Shown here one piece after another: positions 30,001 to 45,000 of a stretch of 64,000 nucleotides of DNA (position 1 is its first letter; every line of letters starts with the position of its first letter). The notes beneath the pieces were generated by a model, which searched no databases, was not told where the DNA came from, and saw only the letters and a program-made list of their open reading frames with translations. The position numbers and the translations under genes are program-made. Origin of the DNA: Eledone cirrhosa (Eukaryota); the NCBI GenBank assembly GCA_964016885.1, contig OZ024760.1, forward strand, positions 28,458,001-28,522,000. The letters run 5' to 3'.

Positions 30001-33000
30001 TGTGTGGGGTATGGTCCTACCAGTTGACTGAGGATGTCCTTGTGTGGGGTATGGCCCTACCAGCTGACTGTGAGGATGTCCTTGTGTGGGGTATGGTACT
30101 ACCAGCTGACTGAGGATGTCCTTGTGTGGGGTATGGTCCTACCAGCTGACTCTGAGGATGTCCTTGTGTGGGGTATGGTCCTACCAGCTGACTGTGAGGA
30201 TGTCCTTGTGTAAGGTATGGTCCTACCAGCTGACTGAGGATGTCCTTGTGTGGGGTATAGTCCTATCAGCTGACTGTGAGGATGTCCTTGTGTGGGGTAT
30301 GGTCCTACCAGCTGACTGTGAGGATGTCCTTGTGTGGGGTATGGTCCTACCAGCTGACTGAGGATGTCCTTGTGTGGGGTATAGTCCTACCAGCTGACTG
30401 AGGATGTCCTTGTGTGGGGTATGGTCCTACCAGCTGACTGAGGATGTCCTTGTGTGGGGTATAGTCCTACCAGCTGACTGAGGATGTCCTTGTATGGGGT
30501 ATGGTCCTACCAGCTGACTGAGGATGTCCTTGTGTGGGGTATGGTCCTACCAGCTGACTGTGAGGATGTCGTTGTGTGGTGTATGGTCCTACCAGCTGAC
30601 TGTGAGGATGTCCTTGTGTGGGGTATGGTCCTACCAGCTGACTGAGGATGTCCTTGTGTGGGGTATGGTCCTACCAGCTGACTGAGGATGTCCTTGTGTG
30701 GGGTATGGTCCTACCAGCTGACTGAGGATGTCCTTGTGTGGGGTATGGTCCTACCAGCTGACTGAGGATGTCCTTGTGTGGGGTATAGTCCTACCAGCTG
30801 ACTGAGGACGGCCTTGTGTGGGGTATGGTCCTACCAGCTGACTGAGGATGTCCTTGTGTGGGGTATGGTCCTACCAGCTGACTGAGGATGTCCTTGTGTG
30901 GGGTATAGTCCTACCAGCTGACTGAGGATGTCCTTGTGTGGGGTATGGTCCTACCAGCTGACTGAGGATGTCTTTGTGTGGGGTATAGTCCTACCAGCTG
31001 ACTGAGGATGTCCTTGTGTTGGGTATAGTCCTACCAGCTGACTGAGGATGTCCTTGTGTGGGGTATGGTCCTACCAGCTGACTGAGGATGTCCTTGTGTG
31101 GGGTATAGTCCTACCAGCTGACTGAGGATGTCCTTGTGTGGGGTATGGTCCTACCAGCTGACTGAGGATGTCCTTGTGTGGGGTATGGTCCTACCAGCTG
31201 ACTGAGGATGTCCTTGTGTGGGGTATGGTACTACCAGCTGACTGAGGATGTCCTTGTGTGGGGTATAGTCCTACCAGCTGACTGACGATGTCCTTGTATG
31301 GGGTATGGTCCTACCAGTTGACTGAGAATGTCCTTGCGTGGGGTATGGCCCTACCAGCTGACTGAGGATGTCCTTGCGTGGGGTATAGTCCTACCAGCTG
31401 ACTGTGAGGATGTCCTTGTGCGGGGTATGGTCCTACCAGCTGACTGTGAGGATGTCCTTGTGTGGGGTATGGTCCTACCAGCTGACTGAGGGTGTCCTTG
31501 TGTGGGGTATAGTCCTACCAGCTGACTGAGGATGTCCTTGTGTGGGGTATGGTCCTACCAGCTGACTGAGGATGTCCTTGTGTGGGATATGGTCCTACCA
31601 GCTGACTGAGGATAGCCTTGTGTGGGGTATGGTCCTACCAGCTGACTGAGGATGTCCTTGTGTGGGGTATAGTCCTACCAGCTGACTGAGGATAGCCTTG
31701 TGTGGGGTATGGTCCTACCAGCTGACTGTGAGGATGTCCTTGTGTGGGGTATGGTCCTACCAGCTGACTGAGGATGTCCTTGTGTGGGGTATGGTCCTAC
31801 CAGTTGACTGTGAGGATGTCCTTCTGTGGGGTATGGTCCTACCAGCTGACTTAGGATGTCCTTGTGTGGGGTATGGTCCTACCAGTTGACTGTGAGGATG
31901 TCCTTGTGTGGGGTATGGTCCTACCAGTTGACTGTGAGGATGTCCTTGTGTGGGGTATGGTCCTACCAGTTGACTGAGGATGTCCTTGTGTGGGGTATGG
32001 CCCTACCAGCTGACTGTGAGGATGTCCTCGTGTGGGGTATGGTACTACCAGCTGACTGAGGATGTCCTTGTGTGGGGTATGGTCCTACCAGCTGACTCTG
32101 AGGATGTCCTTGTGTGGGGTATGGTCCTACCAGCTGACTGAGGATGTCCTTGTGTGGGGTATGGTCCTACCAGCTGACTGAGGATGTCCTTGTGTGGGGT
32201 ATGGTCCTACCAGCTGACTGAGGATGTCCTTGTATGGGGTATAGTCCTACCAGCTGACTGAGGATGTCCTTGTGTGGGGTATGGTCCTACCAGCTGACTG
32301 AGGATGTCCTTGTGTGGGGTATGGTCCTACCAGTTGACTGTGAGGATGTCCTTGTGTGGGGTATGGTCCTACCAGTTGACTGTGAGGATGTCCTTGTGTG
32401 GGGTATGGTCCTACCAGTTGACTGAGGATGTCCTTGTGTGGGGTATGGCCCTACCAGCTGACTGTGAGGATGTCCTTGTGTGGGGTATGGTACTACCAGC
32501 TGACTGAGGATGTCCTTGTGTGGGGTATGGTCCTACCAGCTGACTCTGAGGATGTCCTTGTGTGGGGTATGGTCCTACCAGCTGACTGAGGATGTCCTTG
32601 TGTGGGGTATGGTCCTACCAGCTGACTGAGGATGTCCTTGTGTGGGGTATGGTCCTACCAGCTGACTGAGGATGTCCTTGTGTGGGGTATGGTCCTACCA
32701 GCTGACTGAGGATGTCCTTGTGTGGGGTATGGTCCTACCAGCTGACTGAGGATGTCCTTGTATGGGGTATAGTCCTACCAGCTGACTGAGGATGTCCTTG
32801 TGTGGGGTATGGTCCTACCAGCTGACTGAGGATGTCCTTGTGTGGGGTATGGTCCTACCAGTTGACTGTGAGGATGTCCTTGTGTGGGGTATGGTCCTAC
32901 CAGTTGACTGTGAGGATGTCCTTGTGTGGGGTATGGTCCTACCAGTTGACTGAGGATGTCCTTGTGTGGGGTATGGCCCTACCAGCTGACTGTGAGGATG

Positions 33001-36000
33001 TCCTTGTGTGGGGTATGGTACTACCAGCTGACTGAGGATGTCCTTGTGTGGGGTATGGTCCTACCAGCTGACTCTGAGGATGTCCTTGTGTGGGGTATGG
33101 TCCTACCAGCTGACTGAGGATGTCCTTGTATGGGGTATGGTCCTACCAGCTGACTGAGGATGTCCTTGTATGGGGTATGGTCCTACCAGCTGACTGAGGA
33201 TGCCCTTGTATGGGGTATGGTCCTACCAGCTGACTGAGGATGTCCTTGTGTGGGGTATGGTCCTACCAGCTGACTGAGGATGTCCTTGTGTGGGGTATGG
33301 TCCTACCAGTTGACTGAGGATGTCCTTGTGTGGGGTATGGTCCTACCAGCTGACTGAGGATGTCCTTGTGTGGGGTATGGTCCTACCAGCTGACTGTGAG
33401 GATGTCCTTGTGTGGGGTATGGTCCTACCAGCTGACTGTGAGGATGTCCTTGTGTGGGGTATGGTCCTACCAGCTGACTGTGAGGATGTCCTTGTGTGGG
33501 GTATAGTCCTACCAGCTGACTGTGAGGATGTCCTTGTGTGGGGTATGGCCCTACCAGCTGACTGTGAGGATGTCCTTGTGTGGGGTATGGTACTACCAGC
33601 TGACTGTGAGGATGTCCTTGTGTGTGGTATGGTCCTACCAGTTGACTGAGGATGTCCTTGTGTGGGGTATAGTCCTACCAGTTGACTGTGAGGATGTCCT
33701 TGTGTGGGGTATGGTCCTACCAGCTGACCGAGGATGTCCTTGTGTGGGGTATGGTCCTACCAGTTGACTGAGGATGTCCTTGTGTGGGGTATGGTCCTAT
33801 CAGTTTACTGTGAGGATGTCCTTGTGTGGGGTATGGTCCTACCAGTTGACTGAGGATGTCCTTGTGTGGGGTATGGTCCTACCAGTTGACTGTGAGGATG
33901 TCCTTGTGTGGGGTATGGTCCTACCAGTTGACTGAGAATGTCCTTGTGTGGGGTATGGTCCTACCAGTTGACTGTGAGGATGTCCTTGTGTGGGGTATGG
34001 TCCTACCAGTTGACTGAGGATGTCCTTGTGTGGGGTATGGTCCTACCAGTTGACTGTGAGGATGTCCTTGTGTGGGGTATGGTCCTACCAGTTGACTGAG
34101 GATGTCCTTGTGTGGGGTATGGTCCTACCAGTTGACTGTGAGGATGTCCTTGTGTGGGGTATGGTCCTACCAGTTGACTGAGGATGTCCTTGTATGGGGT
34201 ATGGTCCTACCAGTTGACTGTGAGGATGTCCTTGTGTGGGGTATAGTCCTACCAGCTGACTGTGAGGATGTCCTTGTGTGGGGTATAGTCCTACCAGCTG
34301 ACTGTGAGGATGTCCTTGTGTGGGGTATGGTCCTACCAGTTGACTGTGAGGATGTCCTTGTGTGGGGTATAGCCCTACCAGTTGACTGAGGATGTCCTTG
34401 TATGTGGTATAGTCCTACCAGTTAACTGTGAGGATGTCCTTGTGTGGGGTATAGCCCTACCAGCTGACTGAGGATGTCCTTGTGTGGCTATGGTCCTACC
34501 AGCTGACTGAGGATGTCCTTGTGTGGGGTATAGTCCTACAAGCTGACTCTGAGGATGTCCTTGTGTGGGGTATGATCCTACCAGCTGACTCGTAGGATGT
34601 CCTTGTGTGGGGTATGGTCCTACCAGCTGACTGTGAGGATGTCCTTGTGTGGGGTATGGTCCTACCAGCTGACTGAGGATGTCCTTGTGTGGGGTATGGT
34701 CCTACCAGCTGACTGAGGATGTCCTTGTATGGGGTATGGTCCTACCAGCTGACTGAGGATGTCCTTGTGTGGGTATGGCCCTACCAGCTGACTGAGGATG
34801 TCCTTGTGTGGGGTATAGTCCTATCAGCTGACTGTGAGGATGTCCTTGTGTGGGGTATGGCCCTACCAGCTGACTGAGGATGTCCTTGTGTGGGGTATAG
34901 TCCTATCAGCTGACTGTGAGGATGTCCTTGTGTGGGGTATAGTCCTACCAGATGACTGAGGATGTCCTTGTGTGGGGTATGGCCCTACCAGTTGACTGAG
35001 GATGTCCTTGTGTGGGGTATGGTCCTACCAGCTGACTGAGGATGTCCTTGTGTGGGGTATGGTCCTACCAGCTGACTGTGAGGATGTCCTTGTGTGGGGT
35101 ATGGTCCTACCAGCTGACTGAGGATGTCCTTGTGTGGGGTATAGTCCTACCAGATGACTGAGGATGTCCTTGTGTGGGGTATGGTCCTACCAGCTGACTG
35201 AGGATGTCCTTGTGTGAGGTATGGCCCTACCAGTTGACTGAGGATGTCCTTGTGTGGGGTATAGTCCTACCAGCTGACTGAGGATGTCCTTGTGTGGGGT
35301 ATGGTCCTACCAGCTGACTGTGAGGATGTCCTTGTGTGGGGTATGGTCCTACCAGCTGACTGAGGATGTCCTTGTGTGGGGTATAGTCCTACCAGCTGAC
35401 TGAGGATGTCCTTGTATGGGGTATGGTCCTACCAGCTGACTGAGGATGTCCTTGTGTGGGGTATGGCCCTACCAGCTGACTGAGGATGTCCTTGTGTGGG
35501 GTATAGTCCTACCAGCTGACTGAGGATGTCCTTGTATGGGGTATGGTCCTACCAGCTGACTGAGGATGTCCTTGTGTGGGGTATGGCCCTACCAGCTGAC
35601 TGAGGATGTCCTTGTGTGGGGTATAGTCCTACCAGCTGACTGAGGATGTCCTTGTATGGGGTATGGTCCTACCAGCTGACTGAGGATGTCCTTGTGTGGG
35701 GTATGGCCCTACCAGCTGACTGAGGATGTCCTTGTGTGGGGTATAGTCCTATCAGCTGACTGTGAGGATGTCCTTGTGTGGGGTATGGTCCTACCAGCTG
35801 ACTGTGAGGATGTCCTTGTGTGGGGTATAGTCCTATCAGCTGACTGTGAGGATGTCCTTGTGTGGGGTATAGTCCTACCAGATGACTGAGGATGTCCTTG
35901 TGTGGGGTATGGCCCTACCAGTTGACTGAGGATGTCCTTGTGTGGGGTATGGTCCTACCAGCTGACTGAGGATGTCCTTGTGTGGGGTATGGTCCTACCA

Positions 36001-39000
36001 GCTGACTGTGAGGATGTCCTTGTGTGGGGTATGGTCCTACCAGCTGACTGAGGATGTCCTTGTGTGGGGTATAGTCCTACCAGATGACTGAGGATGTCCT
36101 TGTGTGGGGTATGGTCCTACCAGCTGACTGAGGATGTCCTTGTGTGAGGTATGGCCCTACCAGTTGACTGAGGATGTCCTTGTGTGGGGTATAGTCCTAC
36201 CAGCTGACTGAGGATGTCCTTGTGTGGGGTATGGTCCTACCAGCTGACTGTGAGGATGTCCTTGTGTGGGGTATGGTCCTACCAGCTGACTGAGGATGTC
36301 CTTGTGTGGGGTATAGTCCTACCAGCTGACTGAGGATGTCCTTGTGTGGGGTATGGCCCTACCAGCTGACTCTGAGGATGTCCTTATGTGGGGTATGGTC
36401 CTACCAGCTGACTGAGGATGTCCTTGTGTGGGGTATAGTCCTACCAGCTGACTGAGGATGTCCTTGTATGGGGTATGGTCCTACCAGCTGACTGAGGATG
36501 TCCTTGTGTGGGGTATGGCCCTACCAGCTGACTGAGGATGTCCTTGTGTGGGGTATAGTCCTACCAGCTGACTGAGGATGTCCTTGTATGGGGTATGGTC
36601 CTACCAGCTGACTGAGGATGTCCTTGTGTGGGGTATGGCCCTACCAGCTGACTGAGGATGTCCTTGTGTGGGGTATAGTCCTACCAGCTGACTGAGGATG
36701 TCCTTGTATGGGGTATGGTCCTACCAGCTGACTGAGGATGTCCTTGTGTGGGGTATGGCCCTACCAGCTGACTGAGGATGTCCTTGTGTGGGGTATAGTC
36801 CTATCAGCTGACTGTGAGGATGTCCTTGTGTGGGGTATGGTCCTACCAGCTGACTGTGAGGATGTCCTTGTGTGGGGTATGGTCCTACCAGCTGACTGAG
36901 GATGTCCTTGTGTGGGGTATAGTCCTACCAGATGACTGAGGATGTCCTTGTGCGGGGTATGGTCCTACCAGCTGACTGAGGATGTCCTTGTGTGGCGTAT
37001 GGCCCTACCAGCTGACTGAGGATGTCCTTGTGTGGGGTATGGTACTACCAGCTGACTGAGGATGTCCTTGTGTGGGGTATAGTCCTACCAGCTGACTGAG
37101 GATGTCCTTGTATGGGGTATGGTCCTACCAGCTGACTGAGGATGTCCTTGTGTGGGGTATGGCCCTACCAGCTGACTGAGGATGTCCTTGTGTGGGGTAT
37201 AGTCCTACCAGCTGACTGTGAGGATGTCCTTGTGTAAGGTATGGTCCTACCAGCTGACTGAGGATGTCCTTGTGTGGGGTATAGTCCTATCAGCTGACTG
37301 TGAGGATGTCCTTGTGTGGGGTATGGTCCTACCAGCTGACTGTGAGGATGTCCTTGTGTGGGGTATGGTCCTACCAGCTGACTGAGGATGTCCTTGTGTG
37401 GGGTATAGTCCTACCAGCTGACTGACGATGTCCTTGTATGGGGTATGGTCCTACCAGCTGACTGAGAATGTCCTTGCGTGGGGTATGGCCCTACCAGCTG
37501 ACTGAGGATGTCCTTGCGTGGGGTATAGTCCTACCAGCTGACTGAGGATGTCCTTGTGTGGGGTATGGTCCTACCAGCTGACTGTGAAGATGTCGTTGTG
37601 TGGGGTATGGTCCTACCAGCTGACTCTGAGGATGTCCTTGTGTGGGGTATGGTCCTACCAGTTGACTGAGGATGTCCTTGTGTGGGGTATGGTCCTACCA
37701 GCTGACTGAGGATGTCCTTGTGTGGGGTATGGTCCTACCAGCTAACTGTGAGGATGTCCTTGTGTGGGGTATGGTCCTACCAGCTGACTGAGGATGTCCG
37801 TGTGTGGGGTATGTCCTACCAGCTGACTGAGGATGTCTTTGTGTGGGGTATGGTCCTACCAGCTGACTGAGGATGTCCTTGTGTGGGGTATGGCCCTACC
37901 AGCTGACTGAGGATGTCCTTGTGTGGGGTATGGTCCTACCAGCTGACTGAGGATGTCCTTGTGTGGGGTATGGTCCTACCAGCTGACTGAGGATGTCCTT
38001 GTGTGGGGTATAGTCCTACCAGCTGACTAAGGATGTCCTTGTGTGGGGCATGGCCCTACCAGCTGACTGAGGATGTCCTTGTGTGGGGTATAGTCCTACC
38101 AGCTGACTGAGGATGTCCTTGTGTGGGGTATGGTCCTACCAGCTGACTGTGAGGATGTCGTTGTGTGGGGTATAGTCCTACCAGCTGACTGTGAGGATGT
38201 CCTTGTGTGGGGTATGGTCCTACCAGCTGACTGAGGATGTCCTTGTGTGGGGTATGGTCCTACCAGCTGACTGAGGATGTCCTTGTGTGGGGTATGGTCC
38301 TACCAGCTGACTGAGGATGTCCTTGTGTGGGGTATGGCCCTACCAGCTGACTGAGGATGTCCTTGTGTGGGGTATGGTCCTACCAGTTGACTGAGGATGT
38401 CCTTGTGTGGGGTATAGTCCTACCAGTTGACTGTGAGGATGTCCTTGTGTGGGGTATGGTCCTACCAGCTGACTGAGGATGTCCTTGTGTGGGGTATGGT
38501 CCTACCAGCTGACTGTGAGGATGTCCTTCTGTGGGGTATGGTCCTACCAGTTGACTGAGGATGTCCTTGTGTGGGGTATGGTCCTATCAGTTGACTGTGA
38601 GGATGTCCTTGTGTGGGGTATGGTCCTACCAGTTGACTGTGAGGATGTGCTTGTGTGGGGTATGGTCCTACCAGTTGACTGAGGATGTCCTTGTGTGGGG
38701 TATGGTCCTACCAGTTGACTGTGAGGATGTCCTTGTGTGGGGTATGGTCCTACCAGTTGACTGAGGATGTCCTTGTGTGGGGTATGGGCCTACCAGTTGA
38801 CTGTGAGGATGTCCTTGTGTGGGGTATGGTCCTACCAGTTGACTGAGGATGTCCTTGTGTGGGGTATGGTCCTACCAGTTGACTGTGAGGATGTCCTTGT
38901 GTGGGGTATGGTCCTACCAGTTGACTGAGGATGTCCTTGTATGGGGTATGGTCCTACCAGTTGACTGTGAGGATGTCCTTGTGTGGGGTATAGTCCTACC

Positions 39001-42000
39001 AGCTGACTGTGAGGATGTCCTTGTGTGGGGTATAGTCCTACCAGCTGACTGTGAGGATGTCCTTGTGTGGGGTATGGTCCTACCAGTTGACTGTGAGGAT
39101 GTCCTTGTGTGGGGTATAGCCCTACCAGTTGTCTGAGGATGTCCTTGTATGTGGTATAGTCCTACCAGTTGACTGTGAGGATGTCCTTGTGTGGGGTATA
39201 GCCCTACCAGCTGACTGAGGATGTCCTTGTGTGGGGTATGGTCCTACCAGTTGACTGAGGATGTCCTTGTGTGGGGTATAGTCCTACCAGCTGACTGTGA
39301 GGATGTCCTTGTGTGGGGTATGGTCCTACCAGCTGACTGTGAGGATGTCCTTGTGTAAGGTATGGTCCTACCAGCTGACTGAGGATGTCCTTGTGTGGGG
39401 TATAGTCCTATCAGCTGACTGTGAGGATGTCCTTGTGTGGGGTATGGTCCTACCAGCTGACTGTGAGGATGTCCTTGTGTGGGGTATGGTCCTACCAGCT
39501 GACTGAGGATGTCCTTGTGTGGGGTATAGTCCTACCAGCTGACTGACGATGTCCTTGTATGGGGTATGGTCCTACCAGCTGACTGAGAATGTCCTTGCGT
39601 GGGGTATGGCCCTACCAGCTGACTGAGGATGTCCTTGCGTGGGGTATAGTCCTACCAGCTGACTGAGGATGTCCTTGTGTGGGGTATGGTCCTACCAGCT
39701 GACTGTGAAGATGTCGTTGTGTGGGGTATGGTCCTACCAGCTGACTCTGAGGATGTCCTTGTGTGGGGTATGGTCCTACCAGTTGACTGAGGATGTCCTT
39801 GTGTGGGGTATGGTCCTACCAGCTGACTGAGGATGTCCTTGTGTGGGGTATGGTCCTACCAGCTAACTGTGAGGATGTCCTTGTGTGGGGTATGGTCCTA
39901 CCAGCTGACTGAGGATGTCCGTGTGTGGGGTATGTCCTACCAGCTGACTGAGGATGTCTTTGTGTGGGGTATGGTCCTACCAGCTGACTGAGGATGTCCT
40001 TGTGTGGGGTATGGCCCTACCAGCTGACTGAGGATGTCCTTGTGTGGGGTATGGTCCTACCAGCTGACTGAGGATGTCCTTGTGTGGGGTATGGTCCTAC
40101 CAGCTGACTGAGGATGTCCTTGTGTGGGGTATAGTCCTACCAGCTGACTAAGGATGTCCTTGTGTGGGGCATGGCCCTACCAGCTGACTGAGGATGTCCT
40201 TGTGTGGGGTATAGTCCTACCAGCTGACTGAGGATGTCCTTGTGTGGGGTATGGTCCTACCAGCTGACTGTGAGGATGTCGTTGTGTGGGGTATAGTCCT
40301 ACCAGCTGACTGTGAGGATGTCCTTGTGTGGGGTATGGTCCTACCAGCTGACTGAGGATGTCCTTGTGTGGGGTATGGTCCTACCAGCTGACTGAGGATG
40401 TCCTTGTGTGGGGTATGGTCCTACCAGCTGACTGAGGATGTCCTTGTGTGGGGTATGGCCCTACCAGCTGACTGAGGATGTCCTTGTGTGGGGTATGGTC
40501 CTACCAGTTGACTGAGGATGTCCTTGTGTGGGGTATAGTCCTACCAGTTGACTGTGAGGATGTCCTTGTGTGGGGTATGGTCCTACCAGCTGACTGAGGA
40601 TGTCCTTGTGTGGGGTATGGTCCTACCAGCTGACTGTGAGGATGTCCTTCTGTGGGGTATGGTCCTACCAGTTGACTGAGGATGTCCTTGTGTGGGGTAT
40701 GGTCCTATCAGTTGACTGTGAGGATGTCCTTGTGTGGGGTATGGTCCTACCAGTTGACTGTGAGGATGTCCTTGTGTGGGGTATGGTCCTACCAGTTGAC
40801 TGAGGATGTCCTTGTGTGGGGTATGGTCCTACCAGTTGACTGTGAGGATGTCCTTGTGTGGGGTATGGTCCTACCAGTTGACTGAGGATGTCCTTGTGTG
40901 GGGTATGGGCCTACCAGTTGACTGTGAGGATGTCCTTGTGTGGGGTATGGTCCTACCAGTTGACTGAGGATGTCCTTGTGTGGGGTATGGTCCTACCAGT
41001 TGACTGTGAGGATGTCCTTGTGTGGGGTATGGTCCTACCAGTTGACTGAGGATGTCCTTGTATGGGGTATGGTCCTACCAGTTGACTGTGAGGATGTCCT
41101 TGTGTGGGGTATAGTCCTACCAGCTGACTGTGAGGATGTCCTTGTGTGGGGTATAGTCCTACCAGCTGACTGTGAGGATGTCCTTGTGTGGGGTATGGTC
41201 CTACCAGTTGACTGTGAGGATGTCCTTGTGTGGGGTATAGCCCTACCAGTTGTCTGAGGATGTCCTTGTATGTGGTATAGTCCTACCAGTTGACTGTGAG
41301 GATGTCCTTGTGTGGGGTATAGCCCTACCAGCTGACTGAGGATGTCCTTGTGTGGGGTATGGTCCTACCAGTTGACTGAGGATGTCCTTGTGTGGGGTAT
41401 AGTCCTACCAGCTGACTGAGGATGTCCTTGTGTGGGGTATAGTCCTACCAGCTGACTCTGAGGATGTCCTTGTGTGGGGTATGATCTACCAGCTGACTCG
41501 TAGGATGTCCTTGTGTGGGGTATGGTCCTACCAGCTGACTGTGAGGATGTCCTTGTGTGGGGTATGGTCCTACCAGCTGACTGTGAGGATGTCCTTGTGT
41601 GGGGTATGGTCCTACCAGCTGACTGAGGATGTCCTTGTGTGGGGTATGGTCCTACCAGCTGACTGAGGATGTCCTTGTATGGGGTATGGTCCTACCAGCT
41701 GACTGAGGATGTCCTTGTGTGGGGTATGGCCCTACCAGCTGACTGAGGATGTCCTTGTGTGGGGTATAGTCCTATCAGCTGACTGTGAGGATGTTCTTGT
41801 GTGGGGTATGGCCCTACCAGCTGACTGAGGATGTCCTTGTGTGGGGTATAGTCCTATCAGCTGACTGTGAGGATGTCCTTGTGTGGGGTATAGTCCTACC
41901 AGATGACTGAGGATGTCCTTGTGTGGGGTATGGCCCTACCAGTTGACTGAGGATGTCCTTGTGTGGGGTATGGTCCTACCAGCTGACTGAGGATGTCCTT

Positions 42001-45000
42001 GTGTGGGGTATGGTACTACCAGCTGACTGAGGATGTCCTTGTGTGGGGTATAGTCCTACCAGATGACTGAGGATGTCCTTGTGTGGGGTATGGTCCTACC
42101 AGCTGACTGAGGATGTCCTTGTGTGGGGTATGGTACTACCAGCTGACTGAGGATGTCCTTGTGTGGGGTATAGTCCTACCAGATGACTGAGGATGTCCTT
42201 GTGTGGGGTATGGTCCTACCAGCTGACTGTGAGGATGTCCTTGTGTGGGGTATGGTCCTACCAGCTGACTGAGGATGTCCTTGTGTGGGGTATAGTCCTA
42301 CCAGATGACTGAGGATGTCCTTGTGTGGGGTATGGTCCTACCAGCTGACTGAGGATGTCCTTGCGTGGGGTATGGCCCTACCAGTTGACTGAGGATGTCC
42401 TTGTGTGGGGTATGGTACTACCAGCTGACTGAGGATGTCCTTGTGTGGGGTATAGTCCTACCAGCTGACTGAGGATGTCCTTGTATGGGGTATGGTCCTA
42501 CCTGCTGACTGAGGATGTCCTTGTGTGGGGTATGGCCCTACCAGCTGACTGAGGATGTCCTTGTGTGGGGTATGGACCTACCAGCTGACTGAGGATGTCC
42601 TTGTGTGGGGTATGGTCCTACCAGCTGACTCTGAGGATGTCCTTGTGTGGGGTATGGTCCTACCAGCTGACTGAGGATGTCCTTGTGTGGGGTATGGTCC
42701 TACCAGCTGACTGAGGATGTCCTTGTGTAGGGTATGGTCCTACCAGCTGACTGAGGATGTCCTTGTGTGGGGTATGGTCCTACCAGCTGACTGAGGATGT
42801 CCTTATATGGGGTATGGTCCTACCAGCTGACTGAGGATGTCCTTGTGTGGGGTATAGTCCTACCAGCTGACTGAGGATGTCCTTGTGTGGGGTATAGTCC
42901 TACCAGCTGACTGAGGATGTCCTTGTGTGGGGTATAGTCCTACCAGCTGACTGAGGATGTCCTTGTGTGGGGTATGGCCCTACCAGCTGACTCTGAGGAT
43001 GTCCTTATGTGGGGTATGGTCCTACCAGCTGACTGAGGATGTCCTTGTGTGGGGTATAGTCCTACCAGCTGACTGAGGATGTCCTTGTATGGGGTATGGT
43101 CCTACCAGCTGACTGAGGATGTCCTTGTGTGGGGTATGGCCCTACCAGCTGACTGAGGATGTCCTTGTGTGGGGTATAGTCCTACCAGCTGACTGAGGAT
43201 GTCCTTGTATGGAGTATGGTCCTACCAGCTGACTGAGGATGTCCTTGTGTGGGGTATGGCCCTACCAGCTGATTGAGGATGTCCTTGTGTGGGGTATAGT
43301 CCTATCAGCTGACTGTGAGGATGTCCTTGTGTGGGGTATGGTCCTACCAGCTGACTGTGAGGATGTCCTTGTGTGGGGTAAGGTCCTACCAGCTGACTGA
43401 GGATGTCCTTGTGTGGGGTATAGTCCTACCAGATGACTGAGGATGTCCTTGTGTGGGGTATGGTCCTACCAGCTGACTGAGGATGTCCTTGTGTGGGGTA
43501 TGGCCCTACCAGCTGACTGAGGATGTCCTTGTGTGGGGTATGGTACTACCAGCTGACTGAGGATGTCCTTGTGTGGGGTATAGTCCTACCAGCTGACTGA
43601 GGATGTCCTTGTATGGGGTATGGTCCTACCAGCTGACTGAGGATGTCCTTGTGTGGGGTATGGCCCTACCAGCTGACTGAGGATGTCCTTGTGTGGGGTA
43701 TAGTCCTACCAGCTGACTGTGAGGATGTCCTTGTGTAAGGTATGGTCCTACCAGCTGACTGAGGATGTCCTTGTGTGGGGTAGAGTCCTACCAGCTGACT
43801 GAGGATGTCCTTGTGTGGGGTATAGTCCTACCAGCTGACTGAGGATGTCCTTGTGTGGGGTATGGTCCTACCAGCTGACTGAGGATGTCCTTGTGTGGGG
43901 TATAGTCCTACCAGCTGACTGATGATGGCCTTGTGTGGGGTATGGTCCTACCAGCTGACTGAGGATGTCCTTGTGTGGGGTATGGTCCTACCAGCTGACT
44001 GAGGATGTCCTTGTGTGGGGTATGGTACTACCAGCTGACTGAGGATGTCCTTGTGTGGGGTATGGCCCTACCAGCTGACTGAGGATGTCCTTGTGTGGGG
44101 TATAGTCCTATCAGCTGACTGTGAGGATGTCCTTGCGTGGGGTATGGTCCTACCAGCTGACTGTGAGGATGTCCTTGTGTGGGGTATGGTCCTACCAGCT
44201 GACTGAGGATGTCCTTGTGTGGGGTATAGTCCTACCAGCTGACTGAGGATGTCCTTGTGTGGGGTATGGTCCTACCAGCTGACTGAGGATGTCCTTGTGT
44301 GGGGTATAGTCCTACCAGCTGACTGAGGATGTCCTTGTATGGGGTATGGTCCTACCAGCTGACTGAGGATGTCCTTGTGTGGGGTATGGTCCTACCAGCT
44401 GACTGTGAGGATGTCGTTGTGTGGTGTATGGTCCTACCAGCTGACTGTGAGGATGTCCTTGTGTGGGGTATGGTCCTACCAGCTGACTGAGGATGTCCTT
44501 GTGTGGGGTATGGTCCTACCAGCTGACTGAGGATGTCCTTGTGTGGGGTATGGTCCTACCAGCTGACTGAGGATGTCCTTGTGTGGGGTATAGTCCTACC
44601 AGCTGACTGAGGATGTCCTTGTGTGGGGTATGGTCCTACCAGCTGACTGAGGATGTCCTTGTGTGGGGTATAGTCCTACCAGCTGACTGAGAACGGCCTT
44701 TTGTGGGGTATGGTCCTACCAGCTGACTGAGGATGTCCTTGTGTGGGGTATGGTCCTACCAGCTGACTGAGGATGTCCTTGTGTGGGGTATAGTCCTACC
44801 AGCTGACTGAGGATGTCCTCGTGTGGGGTATGGTCCTACCAGCTGACTGAGGATGTCCTTGTGTGGGGTATAGTCCTACCAGCTGACTGAGGATGTCCTT
44901 GTGTTGGGTATAGTCCTACCAGCTGACTGAGGATGTCCTTGTGTGGGGTATGGTCCTACCGCTGACTGAGGATGTCCTTGTGTGGGGTATAGTCCTACCA

